Assembly (NCBI RefSeq): GCF_006345805.1
Contig: NC_043000.1
Location: 8,370,001 to 8,434,000, forward strand
Length of the DNA stretch: 64,000 nucleotides
Origin: Octopus sinensis
Taxonomy: Eukaryota
Reading direction: 5' to 3'
Shown here piece by piece: positions 14,155 through 26,100 of this stretch. Under the pieces are notes generated by a model. That model searched no databases. It was not told the DNA's origin and saw only the letters and a list, made by a program, of their open reading frames with translations. Both the position numbers and the translations under genes were made by a program. Position 1 is the first letter of the stretch. Every line of letters begins with the position of its first letter.

Positions 14155-17100
14155 ATACACATGGAGATGGTATGTATGGTGCAGATGAAGGAGTGGTTTT
14201 GACTTCTCCTCCCTCAACATGTGATCGTGATGAGAGCTATGCAAAAGGGATTCCGCCGTACGGCTTGCTGACACATTCATCACAAGATGGGTTTTCTTCT
14301 TCCGATAAAACAGGTGATGTCACTTCTCCTGCTGATGCTTGTTATGAGTTTCATACTGCTACACCTGACATTACTTCCCCTCCATCACCTGATTCTCATG
14401 GTGATATAAGTATTTTATCAGCTCAAGGGCAACAAGTTCAACCTTCGTCCCTCCACGAAAGTGTTAGCCCTCATGTAATTGAAAAGGATGTAAAACCTCA
14501 TACGATAACTTTTAGTACTTCGGCTAATCCCAAACCCCAAATTACAGGAATGGAGTTGAATATTGAAAAAACTGAATTTCCTTCACTGCAGGGTTTAGAA
14601 AGTTGTGATAATGGTACCAAGTCTTTCAATAAATCTCAGTGCCTGCCTTCTGAAACAAATGTCAAAAGTATGGATGTAGTAGATAGTTCTAAACCTTCAT
14701 TAGAACATGTTTCCGAGCTTGAAGTTGATGTCAGCAAAGCACCCCAGTCTGATGGAACATCTGCTGCAAGCAGCAAATCTGAAGGGAGCAAAGAAACTTT
14801 GACATTAATTTCATCAGAATCTTGTCAAATATCTATTACCAAAACTGAAGAAGAAAGTGATTCCGAATCTGAAGAAAATTCTGTTATAGAGAGAGATCCC
14901 TCACTGCTGGACTCTGATTCAACAGGTTACGGAGACCAGAAGTCTGACACTGATAGCTCGTATGTTGAAGAAGAAGAAGTGTCAATTTCTGATTCAGACG
15001 AATCAATTCCTTTTGGAAACTCTGATAATAAAGAAACAGAAAAGAAGAAATCTTTTGATGAAGAATTAATTTCGAAACAAACTGCTGCTGAAACTTCATA
15101 TATTGAAAGTCAAGAAAGGATGCCTACATTTTATACTGATGCTTTGGATTCTCGACAAAATCATGAAGCATCCAGTACAAGTGCAGACAGCAAGAAAGAG
15201 TGCCAAAAAAGTGAAGTTATTGCGAAATCTAAGGTTGGTTCACTGTCGAGTAGTGACTCAACTTCAGATTCAGCAGCAAGTATCATAGAAACTGTACCTC
15301 AGAAATTGAAATCTGAACTGTCATCAGTGTCTCAAAAATCTACAACGTCAAATGTAGTAGAAACTTCAAGTGCAGTGAAGTTGTTATCGTCAGTTGAGGA
15401 AGATGATCCAAATTTTCAGGAAGGCCCTCAAACTGTTGAAGACAGTTCTTCAGATAGGGATGAATATATGTATACATCCGATATTGAAGCTAAAGTCATC
15501 CAAGAAAAAATTGAATCTCTCATTTCAGAAGTAGCTGAAGAAATGAGAAAAGGTCAATGCTCATTTGATGAAACAATAAAGGAATATCATACAGAAACTC
15601 TTAAGGCATTGGAAGCTGTTGAGGGTGATAATCATTCCTCAGGAGATATGCCTGATGAGAGTTTGGAACAGTACTATTCTTTAGATGAAACTCACAGTGT
15701 TGACAGTAATGAGACACTTGAATTTGCTGAAGAAAGTGCTGAAATGAAAGATACAGAAATGGTTGTGACAGCTGACATGACAGCATCTGATGATGTGATG
15801 AAAAAGGTTGTGGATGACTCTAAAAAGAGCTTCGAAGAAGAAAGTTTGAAAAAAAGTGTAATATCCCCTAAGATGGATATTGGTAGCTTGTCAGAGTTGG
15901 AAGCAGTTCCTTCTAAAGTTGAAAAGTCTATTTTGGAAGCTAAAGTGGTTTCAATAGAAGGAAATCCAACAGAGACAGAAGAGGCCCACAGAAAAAGTAT
16001 GGAAACATGTCCAACTGACAAAGCTCATATACAAGAGGTAAGTGTGAAAGACCAAAGCAAGGAAGCATCAGAAACAAGCAAGGAGGTTGAATGTTTGAGG
16101 GAAATAAAAACGAAACCAAAGGAGAGCGATACCCATTTGGAAGAAGACTCACAAGATATTACTGGTATACCTTCTGGTACTTATCTTGGGAAAAGACTAA
16201 GCCTTGTAGAGTTTATGGCAGAAAGTCCCCGCGAAATGATGGAAATTGCTAGAAGAGGAAGTATCATTGACACAAAGTCAGTTTTTTCTGAGGTTACCCA
16301 AATGAAGCCGATAGAATCCTCTCCCATAGTAGTTAAAGAGCAAACAGCAATTTCAGAGCCTGCACCCACATTAATAAAAATGGATGTAAAATATACAGAC
16401 ACTGTTCCTCCTCTAGCAAAAGAGGAAATATTCGTTGAAAAGACTGCACCTTGTGAGGTTGAAGAAATAAAAGCAGTAGAGACTGAAGAAATTGTGGTTA
16501 AAAGTGTACAACCTACAGAATCAGTTTCTCTTTTTGAAAAAATAGAACATCCTGAAACAACTGCATATCCTCTAATTAAAGAAGAGAAGGCTATTAAAAT
16601 GATCCCATGTACTCCACCGGAATCCACTGTACATGAAGTAAAACTAAAAGAGACTGCACCTTCTGGGATTAAAGAAGAAAAAGCTATTAAAACAATCCCT
16701 TGTACTCCGCCTGAACCCATAAAACAAGAAGTAAAGCCATTAGAAACTGCATCCGCAATGATCAAACAAGAGCTAAAAGAAGATGTTGAGGCTGCACCTT
16801 TAGTTAAAAAAGAAGAAACTCCAGCAGAAACTACATCCACAGTGATAAAAGAAGAAGTAAAACCAGCAGATACTGCACCAACAGTGATAAAAGAAGAGGT
16901 GAAACAAGTTGAAACAACTCCTACAATGGTTAAAGAGGAGGTAAAACCAGCTGAGACTGTACTTACAGAGGTTAAAGAGGAGATAAACCATTTAAAAGAA
17001 ACAACTTTCGACTCACAAGATATTGCCAGTGTTCCTCCTGATACTTTTCTGGAAAAAAGACTAAGTCTGGTAGAATTTATATCAGAAAATCCATTAGAAG

Positions 17101-20100
17101 TTATGGATTTAACCAGAAGTGGAAGCATTATCAAAACAACTGAACCAGACAAAACTGATGATAATCCTGGTGATGGTGAAAAATCACACATTAAAAATGG
17201 TATAAATCCCACAAAAACTGAATCTGCTGAAGTCAAAGAAGAGACTTTGTGTGTCAGTACTGAACCCGGTGAAACAAAACCCCCCTCTGTTACAGATAAA
17301 GATGAAGCAAAATTAAAAGAATCTGCCAAAGATGATGAGCCAGAAATATTTAAAAGTGCTGTTTCTATAACTGAAGAAAGTATAAAACCAACTCAACCTG
17401 TTCCTGCAAACATTGAAGAGGAAATGAAAGCAGCAGAAATTGCATCTGCAGAGGTTAAAGAGAAAGTAAAGCCAGTAGAAACTGCGTCTACAGGTGCAGA
17501 AGTAGAGGTAAAACCGACAGAAGCTGTAATTATGGAGAAAGAATTAGACAAGATAACTCCAGATATAAAAGAACTAAAACCTACAAAGATGGCGCCTATA
17601 GAGTTTCCAGAAGAAACGTTGATTGATATTGCAGATGATGAGCTAAAACCTGCCAAGATTGCCCCCATGGAAATTTCACTTGCAAAGGTTGAAGAAGTAA
17701 AACCAACGGAAACTGCATTTACAGAGATCAAAGAAGTGACGCCTGCAGGAATGGTAACCACAGAAGAAATACCAGCAGAAAATGTAGCCACAGTGATAAA
17801 AGAAGAAATAACAGCTTCAAAGTTTGAAGCAGTGACGATGCCTGTAGAGACAGCATCTGAAGAAAGTGTGAAACTAATAGAGACAGGACCGTTAACTGCA
17901 GAAGTGGAAGTAAAATCTGCAGAAATTTTAAAGACCTTGGCTAAAGATGATGTTGCAAGTGAAGAAGCTGTGCCTACAAAAGTTAAAGAGGAAACAGCTC
18001 AAGAACCAGCATGTGTAGAAGTCAAAGATGTTGACATTATTGCATTTCAAGAGAAAGATGAAATACAACCAGCAGATACCAAACCTCCTGTGATCAAAGA
18101 AATGAAACCTGCAGATACTCTAGTCAAAGAGGAATTAGAGTTTGTAGAGGCTCTGCAAACAACAAAACCTTTAGAAACCCTCCCCGTGGAAGCCACTGTG
18201 GAAGTAAAACTGTCCAAAACTACTCCCATGGAAGAGCCAGATCAAATGAAAGTTTTAGAAGGGGCAACTGTTGAAATGAAGCCTCCAGATTCTAGTATTA
18301 TTCATGTTGAACCTGCCAGCGTGACATTGAGTGAAGGTGTGAAACCGACCGATGTTGCCGCTATAAAAGAAGATAGCCCTGAAGAGGTTATGTCTAGCAA
18401 AGCAAAAGAAGAAAAAAGTGGATCTGAAATGATGGATGATTCAGATGACAAGAGTGCACTCTTGGTCACTGCACCTGAAGAACAAAGCAAAGTGGCACAT
18501 GCAGAGGTTATTATTGAAAAGAAAACAATTGTGGAAGTTCAAACCAAAGCAACTACTGAAGATCCTTTGAAGGGTGCTGAAGAAATAGCTCTCGATAAAG
18601 AAATATCTCAAAGTGTTACTAAAGAGCAGACAGATGTATTGGATGCACCGTGTGAAGTTGCAGAGAAAGTAAGACCTGGTACTAGTGAGGAATCATTACC
18701 TGTTCAAGAGAATGTTATGCATGAATCTATCACAACTGAATTTGCTAACAAGATAGATTTAGAAAAATCTGAGTTAGAAGATTTTATCCAAATGGGTCAA
18801 CCTGAAAAATCACCAAGTTCTAGTTTAGCATTTGTTAAAGAACCTGATTCTCATAGTTTAAGTGATCAAATTGAATCATCTATTAGCTATCATAGTAAAG
18901 ACATTGAGAAGGAAGCTATAATTACTGAAGTACAGGATGAGCATAAATCAAGTAGTATTGACTTAGTTACCGATGCTAATTTAAATGCCTTAGAGGCACC
19001 GAGTTTTGAAACTGTAGTTGAAAAGCCAGCTGATAATCTTTCAAAAGCTGATCTAAAAGAATCTGAGGCATCAAAAGATGCCTCCAAGACTGATGAAGTC
19101 GCAAAGAGGATAGCTGAGGCTACAGTCTGTGAGGTTGTGGAGAAAGTACACCCATCTGACTCCGCAACAACTAAGATTGTAGAGAAAGTAAATCTGAGCA
19201 GTGCTGCAACAGCTGAGCTTGTAGAGGAAGGAGGAAAAGCTGACACTACAACCTCTGATGTTGCAGAAGTAATCCAATCAGTTGTGACTGCCGAAAGTAA
19301 GTCTGATGGTAGAGAGGAGAAATATGAGGACAAGGACATGAAACAACCGTCGAAACATACAGCTGAGACAGTGTCTTCTGAGCAAGAACTGGAGTCTACT
19401 AAAAATGTGAGTGGAATTTCACTGCAAGATGTTAAACCGTCTGAGACTGCAACATTTGCTGTTGCAAAAGATCTAATAATGCCTGACAATTTAACCGATG
19501 ATGTCAAACCATCAACCGAAACTGCACCCACAACTGATTGTGTAAAGAAGGATGATGATGCAGTCGATGCATTTGTTGCACCAGTAGCATCCATTCAACA
19601 TGAACCAATAGCAAGACAGTCAATGGAAGAAAGTCAGATTGACAAAACAACTATGGTGGAAAAATCAGATGCAGAAAAGCTAGAAGTTGATCTTCCAGGA
19701 AGTTCATTACAAGAGTTTGGCCAGGAATATGATGAGAAAGGTGATGAAGTAGAATTAAGCAAAGATACTCATGCAAAAGTAAAGGATATGAATGTAGTTG
19801 ATATCAGTAAAGAAGGTGAAGACGTAGTAGACTTATTAGATTCAGGGGCTTCATCTGAAGGGGTTAGTAATATAGAAGGTACAGATGTAGCAACTGCAAA
19901 AATTGAAGCTAAAATAGTTGAAGAAGAAAGAAAACTATTAACAGAGATTAAGCCAGAAGAAGTTCAGAAAGTTACAGTTGCAGAACCTGCAATAGAACTG
20001 GTGCAAGAAGAGACATCTGCTAAAATTGTTCCTGGAGATGTTGAAGTGAAAGAATCACAGAGAGAATATGAAGAAATGACTTGCGGAAAAGAAGAGGAGA

Positions 20101-23100
20101 TTATGAAACCAGCCGAGAGTGCACCACCATTGGCTAAAGATAGTGTGAGATCAGTAGAAACTGTAATTTCAGCTACCACTGTATCAAGTGAGGTTGAACA
20201 AGAGCAATCTAAAGAAACTGAGTCAACATCTATTAAAGAAAAATTAACATCTACAGAGACTACAGACACCACAGTTGATGAAGAAACAGTAAAACCTGCA
20301 GAGGTTAAAAAAGAGGAAAAACCAGCTGAGATCAAAGCAGAAGAAACTTTGGTTGCATTAGTTAAGGAAGAAGTAAAACCAACAGAAACTGCACCTTCAC
20401 TGATTAAAGAAGAAACAAAACCAGTTGAGACTGCACCGCCAGTGGCTAAACAAGAGGCAGAAACTGAAGGAAAGGAGAGTGATAGCCATTTGGAAGAAGA
20501 TTCACAAGATATTGCTAGCATACCTTCAAGTACTTATCTTAAGAAGAGACTAAGTCTGGTCGAGTTTATGGCAGAAAGTCCATTGGATGTCGTGGAAATA
20601 AGTAGAAGGGGAAGCTTCATTCCAACAAAAGGGCCAGTGGTTTCTGAGGTTACACAAATAAAGCAGATAGAGACAAAATCTGCAGAGCAAACAGCAATTG
20701 CAGAGCCTGCACCTACATTAATTAAGGTGGATAAAATTGCTCCAGAAATGACACCAGAAGTTATTCAAGACAACAAGCAAACAACTCAAGAGGTTTCTGA
20801 AAAGGAACATGCAGAAGATCTAGAAAAGGAAACAGTGGATGCTGTTGCAGATTTTCAAAAAGAATCTGTGGCGGCTCCCGAGGAGAAACCTGTGGGAGCT
20901 CTTGAAGAGAAACCTGTGGAAGCACCTGAGGTGAAACCAGAGGAGGCTCCTGAAGAGAAACCTGTGGAGGCTCTTGAAGAGAAACCTGAGGAAAAACCTG
21001 TGGAGGCTCCTGAGGCAAAACCTGTGGAGGCTCTTGAAGAGAAACCTGTGGAGGCTCCTGATGCAAAATCTGTGGATGCTCTTGAAGAGAAACCTGAGGA
21101 AAAACCTGTGGAGGCTCCTGAGGCAAAACCTGTGGAGGCTCTTGAAGAGAAACCTGTGGAGGCTCCTGATGCAAAATCTGTGGATGCTCTTGAAGAGAAA
21201 CCTGAGGAAAAACCTGTGGAGGCTCCTGAGGCAAAACCTGTGGAGGCTCTTGAAGAGAAACCTGTGGAGGCTCCTGAGGTAAAACCTGTGGAGGCTCCTG
21301 AAGAGAAACCTGTGGAGGCTCTTGAAGAGAAACCTGTGGAGGCTCCTGAGGTAAAACCTGTGGAGGCTCTTGAAGAGAAACCTGAGGAAAAACCTGTGGA
21401 GGCTCCTGAGGCAAAACCTGTGGAGGCTCTTGAAGAGAAACCTGTGGAGGCTCCTGAGGCAAAACCTGTGGAGGCTCTTGAAGAGAAACCTGTGGAGGCT
21501 CCTGAAGAAAAACCTGTGGAGGTTCCTGAGGCAAAACCTATAGAGGCTCCTGAGGAGAAACCTGTGGAGGCTCCTGAGACAAAACCTGTGGAAGCTCCTG
21601 AAGAGAAAATTGTGAAGGCTCCTGAGGTGAAACCTGTGGAGGCTCCTGAGGTAAAACCTGTGGAGGTTCCGGAGGAGAAACCTGTGGAGGCTCCTGAAGA
21701 GAAATCTGTGGAGGCTACTGAGGTGAAACCTGTGGAGACTCTTGAAGGGAAACCAACAGAAGCTCTTGAAGTGAAATCAGTGGAGGTTCCTGAAGAGAAA
21801 TCTGCAGAAGCGCCTGAGGTGAAACCTGTGGATGCTCTCGAAGAGAAAATTGTGGAGGCTACTGAGGTAAAACCAGAGGAGGCTCCTGAGGTAAAACCTG
21901 TGGAGACTCCTGAGGTGAAACCTGTAGAGGTTCCTGAGGCAAAACCTGTGGAGGCTCCTGAAGGGAAACCTGTGGAGGCACCTGAAGAGAAACATAAAGA
22001 AGCTCCAGAGGAGAAACTTGTGGAGGCTCCTGAGGTGAAACCTGTGGAGGCTCCTGAAGAGAAACCTGTAGAGGCTAAACCTGTGGTGTCTATTGAGGAG
22101 AAACCTGTGGAGGCTCCTGAGGAGAAACTTGTAGAGGTTCCTGAAGAGAAACCTGTTGAGACTTCTGATGTGAAACCTATGGAGGTTCCTGAGGATAAAT
22201 CTGAGGTGTCTGTTGAGGAGAAACTTGTGGTGTCTCCTGAGGTGAAACCTGTGGAGGCTCCTGAGGCAAAAACTGTGGAGGCTGTGGAAGAGAAATCTGT
22301 GGAGGCTCCTGAAGAGAAACCTGTGGAGGCACTTGAAGAGAAACCTGTGGAGGCTCCCGAGGCGAAACCTGTGGAGGCTCCTGAGGTGAAACCTGTGGAG
22401 GCTCTTGAAGAGAAACCTGTGGAGGCTCCTGAGGCAAAACCTGTGGAGGCTCTTGAAGAGAAACCTGTGGAGGCTCCTGAGGGGAAACCTGTGGAGGCTC
22501 TTGAAGAGAAACCTGTGGCGGCTCCTGAAGAGAAACCTGTGGAGGCTCCTGAGGTGAAACCTGTGGAGGCTCCTGAGGCAAAACCTGTGGAGGCACCTGA
22601 GGCGAAACCTGTGGAGGCTCTTGAAGAGAAACCTGTGGAGGCTTTTGAGGCGAAACCTTTGGAGGCTCCTGAGGCGAAACCTGTGGAGGCTCTTGAAGAG
22701 AAACCTGTGGAGGCTCCTGAAGAGAAACCTGTGGAGGCTCCTGAGGCGAAACCTGTAGAGGCTCCTGAGGAGAAACCTGTGGAGGCTCCTGAGGCAAAAC
22801 CTGTGGAGGCTCTTGAAGAGAAACCTGTGGAGGTTCCTGAAGAGAAATCTGTGGAGGCTCCTGAAGAGAAATCTGTGGAGGCTCTTGAAGAGAAACCCGA
22901 GGAGAAACCTGTGGAGGCTCCTGAGGAGGCACTTGAAGAGAAACCTAGCGAGGCTCCTGAAGAGAGAACAGTGGAGGCTCCTGATGCGAAACCAGTGGAG
23001 GCTCCTGAGGAGAAACTTCTGGAGGCTACTGAAGTGAAACCCACTGAATCTCTTGAAGAGAACCTGAGGAGAAACCTGCTGAGGCTCCTGAGGCGAAACC

Positions 23101-26100
23101 TGTGGAGGCTCCTGAGGCGAAACCTGTCGAGGCTCCTGAGGAGAAACCTGTGGAGGCTCTTGAAGAGAAACCTGAGGAAAAACCTGTGGAGGTTCCTGAG
23201 GCAAAACCTATAGAGGCTCCTGAGGAGAAACCTGTGGAGGCTCCTGAAGAGAAACCTGTGGAGGCTCCTGAGGCAAAACCCGTGGAGGCTCTTGAAGAGA
23301 AACCTGTGGAGGCTCCTGAGGAGAAACCTGTGGAGGCTCTTGAAGAGAAACCTGAGGAAAAACCTGTGGAGGTTCCTGAGACAAAACCTATAGAGGCTCC
23401 TGAGGAGAAACCTGTGGAAGCTCCTGAGGCGAAACCTGTCGAGGCTCCTGAGGAGAAACCTGTGGAGGCTCTTGAAGAGAAACCTGAGGAAAAACCTGTG
23501 GAGGTTCCTGAGGCAAAACCTATAGAGGCTCCTGAGGAGAAACCTGTGGAGGCTCCTGAGGCAAAACCTGTCGAGGCTCCTGAGGGGAAACCTGTGGAGG
23601 CTCTTGAAGAGAAACCTGAGGAAAAACCTGTGGAGGTTCCTGAGGCAAAACCTATAGAGGCTCCTGAGGAGAAACCTGTGGAGGCTCTTGAAGAGAAACC
23701 TGAGGAAAAACCTTTGGAGGTTCCTGAGGCAAAACCTATAGAGGCTCCTGAGGAGAAACCTGTGGAGGCTCCTGAGGCGAAACTTGTGGAGGCTCCTGAG
23801 GCGAAACCTGTGGAGGCTCTTGAAGAGAAACCTGAGGAGGAACCTGTGGAGGCTCTTCAAGAGAAACCTGTGGAGGCTCCTGAGGAGAAACCTGTGGAGG
23901 CTCTTGAAGAGAAACCTGAGGAAAAACCTGTGGAGGTTCCTGAGGCAAAACCTATAGAGGCTCCTGAGGCGAAACCTGTGGAGGCTCTTGAAGAGAAACC
24001 TGAGGAGAAACCTGTGGAGGCTCCTGAGGCAAAACCTGTGGAGGCTCTTGAAGAGAAACCTGTCGAGGCTCCTGAGGAGAAACCTGTGGAGGCTCTTGAC
24101 GAGAAACCTGAGGAAAAACCTGTGGAGGTTCCTGAGGTAAAACCTATAGAGGCTCCTGAGGAGAAACCTGTGGAGGCACCTGAAGAGAAACCTGTGGAGG
24201 CTCCTGAGGTGAAACCTGTGGAGGCTCCTGAGGCAAAACCTGTGGAGGCTCTTGAAGAGAAACCCGAGGAAAAACCTGTGGAGGTTCCTGAGGCAAAACC
24301 TATAGAGGCTCCTGAGGAGAAACCTGTGGAGGCTCCTGAAGAGAAACCTTTGGAGGCTCCTGAAGAGAAACCTGTGGAGGCTCCTGAGGCAAAACCTGTG
24401 GAGGCTCTTGAAGAGAAACCTGAGGAGAAACATGTGGAGGCTCCTGAGGTGAAACCTGTGGAGGCTCTTGAAGAGAAACCTGTGGAGAAACCTGTGGAGG
24501 CTCCTGAGGTGAAACCTGTGGAGGCTCTTGAAGAGAAACCTGTGGAGAAACCTGTGGAGGCTCCTGAAGAGAAATCTGTGGAGGCTCTTGAAGAGAAACC
24601 TGTGGAGGCTCCTGAGGCGAAACCTGTGGAGGCTCCTGAGGCGAAACCTGTGGAGGCTCTTGAAGAGAAACCTGTGGAGGCACCTGAGGTGAAACCTGTG
24701 GAGGCTCCCGAAGAGAAACTTGTGGAGGCTCCTGAGGCAAAACCTGTGGAGGCTCCTGAGGTGAAACCTGTGGAGGCTCCTGAAGAGAAACCTGAGGAGA
24801 AACCTGTGGAGGCTCTTGAAGAGAAACCCGAGGAGAAACCTGTGGAGGCTCCTGAGGCGAAACCTGTGGAGGCTCCTGAAGTAAAACCTGTGGAGGCTCT
24901 TGAAGAGAAACCTGAGGAGAAACCTGTGGAGGCTCCTGAGGTGAAACCTGTGGAGGCTCCTGAGGAGAAACCTGTGGAGGCTCCTGAAGAGAAACCTTTG
25001 GAGGCTCCTGAAGAGAAACCTGTGGAGGCTCCTGAGGCAAAACCTGTGGAGGCTCTTGAAGAGAAACCTGAGGAGAAACATGTGGAGGCTCCTGAGGTGA
25101 AACCTGTGGAGGCTCTTGAAGAAAAACCTGTGGAGAAACCTGTGGAGGCTCCTGAGGTGAAACCTGTGGAGGCTCTTGAAGAGAAACCTGTGGAGAAATC
25201 TGTGGAGGCTCCTGAGGCAAAACCTATGGAGGCTCTTGAAGAGAAACCTGAGGAGAAACCTGTGGAGTCTCCTGAGGTGAAACCTGTGGAGGCTCTTGAA
25301 GAGAAACCTGTGGAGAAACCTGTGGAGCTCCTGAAGAGAAATCTGTGGAGGCTCTGAAGAGAAACCTGTGGAGGCTCCTGAGGCGAAACCTGTGGAGCTC
25401 CTGAGGCGAAACCTGTGGAGGCTCTTGAAGAGAAACCTGTGGAGGCACCTGAGGTGAAACCTGTGGAGGCTCCCGAAGAGAAACTTGTGGAGGCTCCTGA
25501 GGCAAAACCTGTGGAGGCTCCTGAGGTGAAACCTGTGGAGGCTCCTGAAGAGAAACCTGAGAGAGAAACCTGTGGAGGCTCTTGAAGAGAAACCCGAGGA
25601 GAAACCTGTGGAGGCTCCTGAGGCGAAACCTGTGAGGCTCCTGAAGTAAAACCTGTGGAGGCTTGAAGAGAAACCTGAGGAGAAACCTGTGGAGGCTCCT
25701 GAGGTGAAACCTGTGGAGGCTCTTGAAGAGAAACCTGTGGAGGCTCCTGAAGAGAAACCTGTGGAGGCTCCTGAAGAGAAACCTGTGGAGGCTCCTGAGG
25801 CGAAACCTGTGGAGGCTCCTGAAGAGAAACCTGTGGAGGCTCCTGAGGTGAAAACTGTGGAGGCTCCTGAGGGAAAACCTGTGGAGGCTCTTGAAGAGAA
25901 ACCTGAGGAGAAACCTGTGGAGACTCTTGAAGAGAAACCCGAGGAAAAACCTGTGGAGGCTCCTGAGGCGAAAGCTGTGGAGGCTCCTGAAGTAAAACCT
26001 GTGGAGGCTCTTGAAGAGAAACCTGAGGAGAAACCTGTGGAGGCTCCTGAGGAGAAACCTGTGGAGGCTCCTGAGACGAAACCTGTGGAGGCTCCTGAAG

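Noticed and set aside
23061-25670. Programmed frameshifting in the array
   Set aside because: No slippery-site or structure signal; the indel pattern fits sequencing error.
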